Below, piece after piece: positions 24,034-33,001 of a stretch of 64,000 bases of DNA. Within the stretch, counting starts at the first letter, position 1, and every line of letters begins with the position of its first letter. A model generated the notes under the pieces. It had not been told where the DNA came from, searched no databases, and saw nothing but the letters and a program-made list of their open reading frames with translations. Source of the DNA: a virus (Duplodnaviria > Caudoviricetes). A program made the position numbers and the translations under genes. The stretch covers positions 1 through 64,000 of the IMG/VR virus record IMGVR_UViG_2974778606_000001. One strand, given 5' to 3'.

Positions 24034-25603
24034 TCGAGTTGTAGAGGCTGAGCCGGAAGAAGAGAGAGTAATTGAAGTCTCTCTAGGCAATGAATACAGT
24101 CGTGATATCAGTCACGACCCTGACCCATTCCTCAAGTCAGCCGATGAGCTGAACAAGAGCCTTGATGGTCTGTCTCGTTCATTCAAGATTCGCACCACGA
24201 AGCAAATCAATAAGTTCTATCGTGGTGTAGACGGTGCTGCCTCAAAGAAGGAAGAAAGTCAGGAAGTCACAGGATACAATGCCTTCCAGGTTATGCTTCC
24301 ACCATACAATCTCGATTATTTGGCAAAGCTTTATGAGGTTAGCTCCCCACACTATTCAGCAGTAAAGGCAAAGGTTTCCAACATTGTAGGTCTGGGATAT
24401 GACCTCGTGGAAACCCCTGCTGCCAAGCGCAAGCTTGACGAAATTGATGGTGAGGAGAAGGTAAAGAAGGCCCGGAAGAAGATTGCAGTTGAAAAGGAAC
24501 GCATCATGGAATGGATTGCGAGCTGCAATGAGGAAGACGATTTCCTAGAGACCCTTATCAAGGTATGGACTGACTATGAGGTAACCGGTAATGGATACCT
24601 TGAGGTAGGTCGAAAGACCAATGGCGAAATCGGTTACCTTGGCCACATTCCTTCAACCACCATGCGTATCCGACAGCGCAGGGACGGCTTTGTTCAGATT
24701 ATCTCTAACAAGGCTGTATTCTTCCGCAACTTCGGAGACAATGAGACAACGGACCCGGTAGGAAATGACCCAAGACCAAATGAAGTCATCCACATTAAGA
24801 AGTACGCTCCAAGCAATGGGTATTACGGAATCCCTGACATCGTGGCAGCTAAGGCTGCTGTTGCAGGTAATGAGTTCGCCACCCGATTCAACTTGGACTA
24901 TTTCGAGAACAAGGCGGTGCCACGATACGTCATCGTTATTAAGGGCGGCAAGCTTTCTCCAGCAGCAGAGAGAAGAATCACTGAATTCTTCCAGACTAGC
25001 CTAAAGGGAAAGAACCACAGGACTCTTTATGTTCCTCTGCCACCTGACGAGCAGGACCGTAAGACCAGCTTCGAAATGAAGCCAGTCGAGGCCGGTACTC
25101 AGGACAGCTCATTCAACAATTACCGCAAGGGGAACCTGAATGACATTCTCATGGCACATCGAGTTCCTATCACCAAGGTCGGTCTTGCAGAGGGAGCAAG
25201 TCTAGCAGTTGCACGAGATGCAGACAAGACATTTAAGGAACAGGTCTGTCGTCCAGAGCAGACCATTTTCGAAAACAAGCTTAACAAGGTCATCAAGGAA
25301 ATCACTGACGTATTCCTCATTCACCTCAATGAGCTTTCACTCACTGACGAGGATACTCAGAGCAAGATTGATGAGCGTGCAATTCGCAATCAGTGGACTA
25401 CTCCTAACGAGATTCGCGCTCGACAGGGTAAGCCAGGTCTTCCAGGTGGAGACAAGATTGTTGAGCAGAAGCCACAGCAGCAGGCAGAAGCCAGAGCACA
25501 GCAGGGTCAGACAAGGGCTCGTGATGCTGAGCGTTCAGCTAATGCTTCTGACAGTGCAGGAGAGGCGCGTCAACCAAAGGGAGAAGGTAGAGCCACAGCA
25601 TGA
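24023..25603 (+). CDS. Portal protein
   Basis: DYEVTGNGYLEV, EVIHIKKY...YYGIPD, YFENKAVP, ILMAHRVP, TPNEIR; AAGGAG RBS. Confidence 0.9.
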   Translation: MTSNRVVEAEPEEERVIEVSLGNEYSRDISHDPDPFLKSADELNKSLDGLSRSFKIRTTKQINKFYRGVDGAASKKEESQEVTGYNAFQVMLPPYNLDYLAKLYEVSSPHYSAVKAKVSNIVGLGYDLVETPAAKRKLDEIDGEEKVKKARKKIAVEKERIMEWIASCNEEDDFLETLIKVWTDYEVTGNGYLEVGRKTNGEIGYLGHIPSTTMRIRQRRDGFVQIISNKAVFFRNFGDNETTDPVGNDPRPNEVIHIKKYAPSNGYYGIPDIVAAKAAVAGNEFATRFNLDYFENKAVPRYVIVIKGGKLSPAAERRITEFFQTSLKGKNHRTLYVPLPPDEQDRKTSFEMKPVEAGTQDSSFNNYRKGNLNDILMAHRVPITKVGLAEGASLAVARDADKTFKEQVCRPEQTIFENKLNKVIKEITDVFLIHLNELSLTDEDTQSKIDERAIRNQWTTPNEIRARQGKPGLPGGDKIVEQKPQQQAEARAQQGQTRARDAERSANASDSAGEARQPKGEGRATA

Positions 25604-26064
25604 CGGCTAAAATTTGGCACAAGACAGACGAGGTAGCAAGAGGGCTGAGAAAGCCTATTAACACAGCCGCAATCTCCATCATGGGTGTTTATACATTTGT
25701 GTGGGGACTGTGGCTGGCCTTGCCATGGGCAACCTTCTCTCGTAGTCCAATCTACGAGATGATGGCCACTCTAGCGCCGGAACTGGTATGGGGAATTGTA
25801 GCTATGGCTATTGGAGCCCTTATCCTTTATGGAGTATGGAATTCAACCTATAAGGCATTGCTTCGAGGAGCCCTTGCAGGATTCTACTACTGGTTTGTTG
25901 TCAGTGGATTCTACATGCTTGGAAGCTGGCAGTCCGTTGGATGGATTAATGCCTTCATGGTTGCCGTCTATTGTGCCTTTGTGGGCATCAATTTGCGAGT
26001 AAACAGGAAGTCTCTTGACTCTAGTTTGCATGATAATAAAGAAGTGAATAAGATAAGACCATGA
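25600..26064 (+). CDS. Membrane protein (4 TM)
   Basis: Hydrophobic segments; 4-nt overlaps with neighbours. Confidence 0.7.
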   Translation: MTAKIWHKTDEVARGLRKPINTAAISIMGVYTFVWGLWLALPWATFSRSPIYEMMATLAPELVWGIVAMAIGALILYGVWNSTYKALLRGALAGFYYWFVVSGFYMLGSWQSVGWINAFMVAVYCAFVGINLRVNRKSLDSSLHDNKEVNKIRP

Positions 26065-27332
26065 AGATTGAGAAGGCATCCTGGCATGCTGATGAACATA
26101 ATGTTCGTTTGACAATGCCAATTGCAAAGTATGATGTGGAGAAGCGTCAAGTAAGTGGTTTTGCCACTCTTGACAACTTCGACTCTCATGGTGACATTGT
26201 TCTAGCAGAGGCTTCACAGAAGGCTTTTGCTCGTTTCCGTGGAAACATCCGTGAGATGCATCAGCCTATTGCAGTAGGAAAGCTGGTTGACTTCAGAGAA
26301 GAAGAGTTTTATGACCCAACCTCTCAGAAGTTTTACCGAGGCATTTTCGCTACAGCGTATGTCTCAAAGGGTGCTCAGGACACATGGGAAAAGGTACTTG
26401 ACGGTACTCTAAGCGGTTTTAGTATCGGCGGAAGCATCGTAGACTCTGAAACTGAGTGGAATAAGGATGCCCAGACAAATGTACGATTCATCAAGGACTA
26501 CGAACTTATTGAGCTGTCCCTTGTAGATAACCCAGCCAATCAGCTAGCCAACATTTTCAGTATTGAAAAGATGGCCGGTGGCGAGAAGGTTATGAAGGGT
26601 ATGGTAGTAGAAACCTCCGTAGAAAATGTCTTCTGGTGTCCGAAGGATGAAATCGCAAAGACCACCACCGAAGAGTCTGCAACTTGTCGCGTATGCGAGA
26701 AGCCAATGCAGAACATTGGTTGGTTCGAGACTGACAGCAACCGCCAGGAAGCAGTCAAGAATCTCGTACAGGAATTCACTAAGTCACAGGACACTGAAAA
26801 GGGAGGTGCAGAACAAATGGCAGATGAGCGTAAGGACGACGTTGCAGAGCAGGGTCGTGCCGAATCCGAGACTCCAGTTGAGGAATCAACAACTGAGAAT
26901 GCTCCAGAAGTTGAGGCTGATGGAACTGTTGAGTCTGAAGGAACAGCAGCAGAGGTAGACGAAGGCGGCGCAGAGGAGCCAAACTTCGAGAAGATGCTTG
27001 AGCAGGTCCAGGAAACAATTAAGAAGGGCCTAGAGCAGACTCGTGAAGCTACCGCTGAAGAACTAAAGGCTATCGAGGGCAAGGTTGAAGAAGTAACCAA
27101 GGCATTCGATTCAAAGTTTTCTGAGCTAGTCGAAAAGCACGGCGAGCTTAGCAAGAAGTTTGACAGTCTAACTGAGCAGCACGATGAGGTCGCAAAGCGA
27201 CTAGATAGTGTTGAGAAGGAGACTGCAATCAAGAAGTCCGGCGACGTTGGCACGTCAAAGGAAGAGACCATTACCAAGGGTAAGGGCTCAAAGTGGGGCG
27301 GACACTTCCTCAGTGTATCCGACATCAAGTAA
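26061..27332 (+). CDS. Capsid maturation protease fused to scaffold-like coiled coil
   Basis: IREMHQ, LSGFSIGG, ELSLVDNPAN; acidic coiled-coil C-terminal half. Confidence 0.85.
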   Translation: MKIEKASWHADEHNVRLTMPIAKYDVEKRQVSGFATLDNFDSHGDIVLAEASQKAFARFRGNIREMHQPIAVGKLVDFREEEFYDPTSQKFYRGIFATAYVSKGAQDTWEKVLDGTLSGFSIGGSIVDSETEWNKDAQTNVRFIKDYELIELSLVDNPANQLANIFSIEKMAGGEKVMKGMVVETSVENVFWCPKDEIAKTTTEESATCRVCEKPMQNIGWFETDSNRQEAVKNLVQEFTKSQDTEKGGAEQMADERKDDVAEQGRAESETPVEESTTENAPEVEADGTVESEGTAAEVDEGGAEEPNFEKMLEQVQETIKKGLEQTREATAEELKAIEGKVEEVTKAFDSKFSELVEKHGELSKKFDSLTEQHDEVAKRLDSVEKETAIKKSGDVGTSKEETITKGKGSKWGGHFLSVSDIK

Positions 27333-27362
27333 TCCAAGAAAGGAAAGAGGTGAACAAACAAC

Positions 27363-28358
27363 ATGAGCGATGAGCTAATTGAAAAGGTCATTCGTACCAC
27401 TGAGGTAGCATCTGGTGGCGGTGGTCTGCTAAACGCAGAACAGTCCAACCGCTTTATCGATTACATGTGGGAAGCCACTGTTCTCGGTACCCAGGTTCGT
27501 ACCATTCGTATGAGAGCCGACACAGTTGACATTGACAAGCTCGGAATTGGTGAGCGTCTAATGAGAGTAGCTACAGAGGCCGTTGACGACGGTGTAAACG
27601 CTGGAGCAACCTTCTCTAAGATTTCTCTTACCACCAAGAAGCTTCGTCTAGACTGGGAAATCTCAACCGAGTCCCTTGAAGACAACATTGAGGGAGAGGC
27701 CCTTGAGGACCACATTGCACGTCTAATGGCTACTCAGGCCGGTAACGACCTTGAGGACGTAGCTATTAACGGTAATACGGCCCTAACCACCGACCCTCTA
27801 CTAAAGGCATTCGATGGATGGCGCAAGCGTGCACTCGCTGGAGGTCACGTAATTGACCACGGCGGTAACGGCGTTGACCGTAGCGTCTTCAACAAGGCTC
27901 TTAAGGCTATGCCACGTAAGTACATGCAGCGTCGTAACGGCCTTAAGTTCTTCACAGGTTCCAACATCATTCAGGACTACCTATTCAGTCTACAGAACAC
28001 TTCTGCTGACTATGTTACTCCAGAAGCCCTAGCGGCTGCGGGTATCAACAGCGGAGTTCGTACTGAGGGTCCAGCCGGTTTCACAACTGGTAATGCATTT
28101 GGTATCCCTGTACAGGAGGTTCCTCTATTCGAGGAGACTCTTGATGGAGACTACTCCGGTGCTTCCGGTGACCACGCAGATGTATGGCTAACATTCCCTA
28201 ACAACATGCTATGGGGTGTAAAGCGAGAAATCCAGGTCTTCCGTGAGTTCAAGCCTAAGAAGGACACCACGGAGTACACAATGTACTGCCGTGTAGGTAC
28301 TCAGATTGAGAACGCTGACGCATTCGTTGTCGTCAAGAACGTCAAGATTTCAGCCTAA
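27363..28358 (+). CDS. Major capsid protein
   Basis: GGGLLNAEQSNRFID, EISTESLEDNIEG, DLEDVAINGN; position after protease; strong RBS. Confidence 0.9.
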   Translation: MSDELIEKVIRTTEVASGGGGLLNAEQSNRFIDYMWEATVLGTQVRTIRMRADTVDIDKLGIGERLMRVATEAVDDGVNAGATFSKISLTTKKLRLDWEISTESLEDNIEGEALEDHIARLMATQAGNDLEDVAINGNTALTTDPLLKAFDGWRKRALAGGHVIDHGGNGVDRSVFNKALKAMPRKYMQRRNGLKFFTGSNIIQDYLFSLQNTSADYVTPEALAAAGINSGVRTEGPAGFTTGNAFGIPVQEVPLFEETLDGDYSGASGDHADVWLTFPNNMLWGVKREIQVFREFKPKKDTTEYTMYCRVGTQIENADAFVVVKNVKISA

Positions 28359-28378
28359 TCAATCAGGCACACTTTAAG

Positions 28379-28402
28379 GAAAGAGGGCTTCGGCCCTCTT
28401 TC
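28379..28402 (+). terminator. Intrinsic terminator
   Basis: AAAGAGGGC-TTCG-GCCCTCTTT. Confidence 0.75.
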
Positions 28403-28439
28403 TGCTTTCTATGCTACAATCATTGTATGGAGGACATTA

Positions 28440-28841
28440 ATGAGTTTTGAAAAGATGAAGGTTGATGAACTGCGTCAGATTGCTGACGACTTTGCAGTGG
28501 ATATTGACCCGAAGGACAACAAGCAGGTGGTCATTTCCAAGCTGGTGGAGAATGGCGTAACCTGGGACTACTATCAGAAGCAGCTAGGTGAAGCCGAAGA
28601 AAACCCGGCACCAATTGTTGCCCCTACCCCATCATTTGATGAACCAGCCGAGACAGAGGAAGAAACCCCTGTACTCCTACGCATGACTCGCGCCAATCCT
28701 ACCTTTGAAGTAAGGGGTGCAAGGTTCACCAGAGACAATCCTTATGCAATTGTCAAGGAACGCGATGCAGACTTCATCATCGAGAATTACGAGGGATTCC
28801 GAATTGCCTCCCCTAGGGAAGTAAAGGAATTCTATAGCTGA
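28440..28841 (+). CDS. Hypothetical protein (N-terminal helix-extension-helix-like)
   Basis: MKVDELRQIADDFAVD..DNKQVVISKL. Confidence 0.7.
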   Translation: MSFEKMKVDELRQIADDFAVDIDPKDNKQVVISKLVENGVTWDYYQKQLGEAEENPAPIVAPTPSFDEPAETEEETPVLLRMTRANPTFEVRGARFTRDNPYAIVKERDADFIIENYEGFRIASPREVKEFYS

Positions 28842-28843
28842 CA

Positions 28844-28864
28844 GAGGCCCTTCGGGGCCTCTTT
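28844..28864 (+). terminator. Intrinsic terminator
   Basis: AGAGGCCC-TTCG-GGGCCTCTTT. Confidence 0.7.
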
Positions 28865-28897
28865 GCTATTTAACCTGAAACAATCTATAATACGGAC

Positions 28898-29770
28898 ATG
28901 GAAATCTACCGAGACACTACAAGCACTGTTACTCTGGAGCACCCAGTAACAGGACCACTAACCGCTGATGTATATCGCGGCGATGAGGTGATTTCCGCAA
29001 ATCAGGCAGTCACTTCAACGACTGGTAAGCACACGACAACCATTGACTGGAATCTGACAGAATATGATGGCCAGCTAAAGATTGTCTGGAAGAAGACTGG
29101 CTTCTCAAGAGCTACTTGGGTCGATGTCGTTACTCCGATTGTTCCATTGTCCGAGCTAGAGGCACTTCTAGACGACGTTGCCGAATCAGACAGATATGAC
29201 GCTGAGGCAGTGGTTCGCAGAATCATCGAGGTCTACACCGGACAGAGCTTCGGAAAGTTCCGTGGCACGAAGGATGTTGCAGGAAACGATAGCACTCGTC
29301 TGGCCCTTCCAATGCCTCTGCTGTCATTTACAGAAATGACAGACAGTGTCCTGAGCTACGAGCCTTCTTCATTTAGAATCACGGGCGAGGGCTGGTTCCT
29401 TGGGCAGGCTCCAGGAGCATGGTGGACAATCAAGGACGCTCCACCTGAAGAGGTTCTGGACCAATTTAGTGATGGAGTCATTTACGCGCCCGGCACGATT
29501 AAGAAGCGAGACTTCTCCTATACCTCAGTCTATACAATCACAGGTGACTGGGGATACGAATCAGTTCCATATCCGGTAATCCAGGCAGCCAAGATGCTTA
29601 TTTCAGATTACGCATGTCAGGACAGTTCATACCGAGACAAGTATCTTGAGTCAATGAAGGCAGCGGACTGGCGAATTCAGTTCACTCAGGCAGCCTATGA
29701 CGGAACCGGAAATCTAAAGGCAGACCAGCTTCTTGAGCCTTATCGACTGGTCAACATGGTGGTAATATGA
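28898..29770 (+). CDS. Head-to-tail adaptor
   Basis: IIEVYTGQSF, ITGDWGYESVPYPVIQAAKML, DQLLEPYR. Confidence 0.75.
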   Translation: MEIYRDTTSTVTLEHPVTGPLTADVYRGDEVISANQAVTSTTGKHTTTIDWNLTEYDGQLKIVWKKTGFSRATWVDVVTPIVPLSELEALLDDVAESDRYDAEAVVRRIIEVYTGQSFGKFRGTKDVAGNDSTRLALPMPLLSFTEMTDSVLSYEPSSFRITGEGWFLGQAPGAWWTIKDAPPEEVLDQFSDGVIYAPGTIKKRDFSYTSVYTITGDWGYESVPYPVIQAAKMLISDYACQDSSYRDKYLESMKAADWRIQFTQAAYDGTGNLKADQLLEPYRLVNMVVI

Positions 29771-30267
29771 GTTGTCTTCTTTCTTCTCGATTCAATATGC
29801 GAGCTACCGTTCTTCGTCAGGTCGGAACCAATCCACAGGAAAATCCCGGTGGCCATTGGGAAACTGTACAGGACCCTGATTCTGGTGCAATCAAAAGGGT
29901 ATGGGTACCAGACGAAGACAGTGATACTCCAGGCGCTCAGACCCTTGTCATCAATTGCATGGTAAGAGGTGTGACCAATGGAGGTATCCGAGTAGCAGGA
30001 ACAACCCAGCGATACTCTGAAATTTACGAGAACATCGACTGGGCTACCCTTGTATTTCCTCGCAATGTCATTCTGAGCAAGCGTGACAGAATCACCAATG
30101 TTTCCAACTCAAAGGGAGACCTCATTTGGAAGGAAGAGGAGATTGAGGGCGCACCAGCGACAGTATTTATCGTCATGGGTGTGACGCCAGTTGTTGACCC
30201 ATTCGGAAATCACATTGAGAATACCGCTCTGATTCAGAGAGCGCAGGTGCAGAGTGGCCAAGGGTAA
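29767..30267 (+). CDS. Head-to-tail stopper (putative)
   Basis: Synteny after adaptor. Confidence 0.55.
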   Translation: MSCLLSSRFNMRATVLRQVGTNPQENPGGHWETVQDPDSGAIKRVWVPDEDSDTPGAQTLVINCMVRGVTNGGIRVAGTTQRYSEIYENIDWATLVFPRNVILSKRDRITNVSNSKGDLIWKEEEIEGAPATVFIVMGVTPVVDPFGNHIENTALIQRAQVQSGQG

Positions 30268-31048
30268 GGCTTTCCTCGCTGTAAATGCAGACACTATTGA
30301 AGTGTCTGCATTGACTGGTTTTATAACGAACCTTTCTGCGAAGGTCGGTATGGATGTAAATACTGGACCTGTGCTGCATTACGCACACGACACTTTGTCT
30401 GAAAGATTCGACGCATATATGTCAGTCATTGCACCAGCAGCACCAGACCAATTCCACCACGTTTATGACTGGGGAAGGATTGGTATTCCGCAGTATCAGC
30501 TATGGAAGAATGTGCTGAGAGGTCGTGGAAACGAGAGGTACGCCTCTTTTGAATTCAGGGCATCAATCAGACCAGTTCCTTTTCCAGAAGGAGCCAAGAA
30601 GCCTTTCAGAAGAAAGCATAGATTCATTTACAAGGCTATGGTGATGGAATACAACATTGGAGTCACCATCAGACCAAAGAGGGCAAAGATTCTGGCCTTC
30701 CCTGTGGATGACAAAATCATCTTCACGAGAGGCCCTGTATTTGTGGAGAATCCTGGTGGTTCTGCAACGACTGGAGCCTTTACGGCAGCATGGACCAATT
30801 GGTGGTCAGGGGCCGGTGCAGAGCAGGTGTTCAATTCAGAAATCAGGAAGACGCTGGAGTCTGACCTGTCTGAAAGAGCAATGGCCAGATTCATCAGGAG
30901 ATTCAAGCCAGCACGCAAGAAGGTTGTCAGATTCAATATTGCAGACAACAACGCTGCATTCGCAAATGGTGCCAAGCTGGCAGAAGAATTCCTGAAGGAA
31001 AGAAATAGAAAGAACGCGGCAAGAAGAAAGGTACAAGATGACGTATAA
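30254..31048 (+). CDS. Neck/tail-completion protein (putative)
   Basis: Synteny; TIRPKRAKILAF motif. Confidence 0.55.
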   Translation: MAKGKAFLAVNADTIEVSALTGFITNLSAKVGMDVNTGPVLHYAHDTLSERFDAYMSVIAPAAPDQFHHVYDWGRIGIPQYQLWKNVLRGRGNERYASFEFRASIRPVPFPEGAKKPFRRKHRFIYKAMVMEYNIGVTIRPKRAKILAFPVDDKIIFTRGPVFVENPGGSATTGAFTAAWTNWWSGAGAEQVFNSEIRKTLESDLSERAMARFIRRFKPARKKVVRFNIADNNAAFANGAKLAEEFLKERNRKNAARRKVQDDV

Positions 31049-31544
31049 CATCAGCGGCACTCATGCATTGAACAGATTTACTCAGGCCAAGCTCATTGAA
31101 CAGGGCCTACTTAATCTTGCCAATTATGACGGGCTGTCTCCAATCATCCCAGCACAGCAGCAGCCAGAATTCACAAATGAGCCAGCACACATTCCTTTCT
31201 TCGTTTACAACTATGCTCAGACAGGTGGTTATGAGGACTGGTGGCTTGAGCACGAGGAACTTGCGTACGTGATGTATTGCGACGATGAAGAACTGATTAG
31301 AAAGACAATCCATTATCTGAATCAGCTATTCAAGCGATACGACTGGTCAGCGGATGAAGTGAACAATTGGATTCAGGCCAACGGAACCCCGGCACAAAAG
31401 GCATTCCATTTCAAGTACATTCGAGTCATCAATATGACAAGCATCGAACCAGCCACAGAAGAGGGCGGTAGGCATTCAGCAATGGTTGTATTGCGTCTTT
31501 GCTTCACCTCTGACCTTGATACAGAAGACGGAATGAGAGCCTAG
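31038..31544 (+). CDS. Tail terminator (putative)
   Basis: Synteny before major tail; PFFVY motif. Confidence 0.55.
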   Translation: MTYNISGTHALNRFTQAKLIEQGLLNLANYDGLSPIIPAQQQPEFTNEPAHIPFFVYNYAQTGGYEDWWLEHEELAYVMYCDDEELIRKTIHYLNQLFKRYDWSADEVNNWIQANGTPAQKAFHFKYIRVINMTSIEPATEEGGRHSAMVVLRLCFTSDLDTEDGMRA

Positions 31545-31635
31545 TTTGCTTCATAACCTCTGTGCCATTAACATAATCTTGAGGAAGTGCTCTAGCCAAG
31601 CAACACTTTTTCAAGAAAAGAGGTGAAAGAAAAAC

Positions 31636-32259
31636 ATGGCATATCAGGTTAAGAACATTATCATTGGTGCCGCAGCCGTTTACCTATCAGCAGAGGACTC
31701 TACTGAGTGGACCAGCGCACCAGCCCTTCCAACCGTATCCGGAACAGCAAGCATTGTTCCTGCACTAGATGCAGACACTGACTGGCGTCACTCTGGATTC
31801 ACCAGTGAAGGTGTCGAGGTTTCTTACGAGCCAGACTACGGTGAGGTAGAGGTTGACCAGCTACTTGACTCTGCGAAGCTATTCAAGCAGTCAATGCGAG
31901 TTATGGTTAACACGACCTTCTCAGAGGCTACTCTTGAGAACCTTCTCATCGTTTGGGGTCAGCAGAATACCACTCTGACTGAAGGTGCGAGCGACAAGAC
32001 TCTTGGAATTTCCGCAGGTGCTCTTGGTGACGAGCCAACTGAGCGCTCCGTAGCATTTGTCGGTCCTGCTCCACGAGCAGACGCCGGTACAAAGCGTGAG
32101 CGTGTATACCACGTACGACGTGCTCTATCAATTGAGTCTTCTTCTCACTCACTGAGAAGGAACGAGGCAACGGTATTCCCAGTCTCCTTCCGACTTCTTC
32201 CAGACCCAAGCTTCTCAGGTCAGGAGTACGGTGTGATTAAGGACAGGAACATCGCCTAA
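31636..32259 (+). CDS. Major tail protein
   Basis: NIIIGAA.VY, GFTSEGVEVSYEP, VEVDQL, FSEATLENL. Confidence 0.85.
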   Translation: MAYQVKNIIIGAAAVYLSAEDSTEWTSAPALPTVSGTASIVPALDADTDWRHSGFTSEGVEVSYEPDYGEVEVDQLLDSAKLFKQSMRVMVNTTFSEATLENLLIVWGQQNTTLTEGASDKTLGISAGALGDEPTERSVAFVGPAPRADAGTKRERVYHVRRALSIESSSHSLRRNEATVFPVSFRLLPDPSFSGQEYGVIKDRNIA

Positions 32260-32277
32260 TACGATGACTTTAGCGTT

Positions 32278-32298
32278 AGCCCCCGAAAGGGGGCTTTC
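32278..32298 (+). terminator. Intrinsic terminator
   Basis: AGCCCCC-GAAA-GGGGGCTTT-like hairpin after major tail gene. Confidence 0.65.
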
Positions 32299-32355
32299 GC
32301 ATTTTGGATTATGATAACCCATTGATATAATCGAGTTAAACACATAGGAGGAAAT

Positions 32356-32700
32356 GTGGCAAACAGTGTATACACAGTCGAGGAGATTGTGCTACAGGAC
32401 GGCAATGAGGTGACACTCAAGCCGCTAAACATTAAGGGACTTCGAAAGTTCATGAAGAAGTTCAAGGAGATTGACAAGCTAAAGGATGATGACCAGGTGG
32501 TTGACTTCCTTATTGAGGTTGGTCAGCTATGTCTGTCATCTCTGCACCCAGAGTATGCCGACACTGACAAGTACGAGGACGCAGTTGATATGCCAACAGT
32601 TCACAAGATTATCGAAATCTGTGGTGGGGTCAAGCTGAATGACCCGGAACTGATGGCCGCAGCAGCGGCAGTGATGGAGCAGCAAGCTGGGACGAGCTGA
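32356..32700 (+). CDS. Tail assembly chaperone
   Basis: Between major tail and tape measure; GGAGG RBS. Confidence 0.75.
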   Translation: MANSVYTVEEIVLQDGNEVTLKPLNIKGLRKFMKKFKEIDKLKDDDQVVDFLIEVGQLCLSSLHPEYADTDKYEDAVDMPTVHKIIEICGGVKLNDPELMAAAAAVMEQQAGTS

Positions 32701-32729
32701 ACCTAGTTCAGCTCGAAGCAGAACTTTTT

Positions 32730-32999
32730 ATGCTCGGCATTTGGAAGAACTTTGAAGAGATTGAAGAAAATCTGACACTGGCAGAACTGGAAAAGCTACT
32801 CGAAGTAAAGAGAGACCAGGACTTCCAGGAGAAGAAATTCGTGGCGGCACTGAAGGGTATAAGTCTTGATGACCCTAATGAAGGTGACGCGCCAAGCTTC
32901 GAAGACATCAAGCGTCGTGCAGAGGCCAAGGCCAAGGGGGTTTCAGCCGAGGCGCTGGAATTCGCAGAAATTGGAATTGGTATAGAAGGAGATGACTGA
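32730..32999 (+). CDS. Tail assembly chaperone, downstream (-1 frame) segment
   Basis: Frame open from 32643 and overlapping the upstream ORF; no RBS before ATG 32730. Confidence 0.6.
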   Translation: MLGIWKNFEEIEENLTLAELEKLLEVKRDQDFQEKKFVAALKGISLDDPNEGDAPSFEDIKRRAEAKAKGVSAEALEFAEIGIGIEGDD

Positions 33000-33001
33000 C
33001 A

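Noticed and set aside
26540-27448. 302-aa minus-strand ORF
   Set aside because: Ser-rich antisense shadow of the protease/scaffold and capsid genes.
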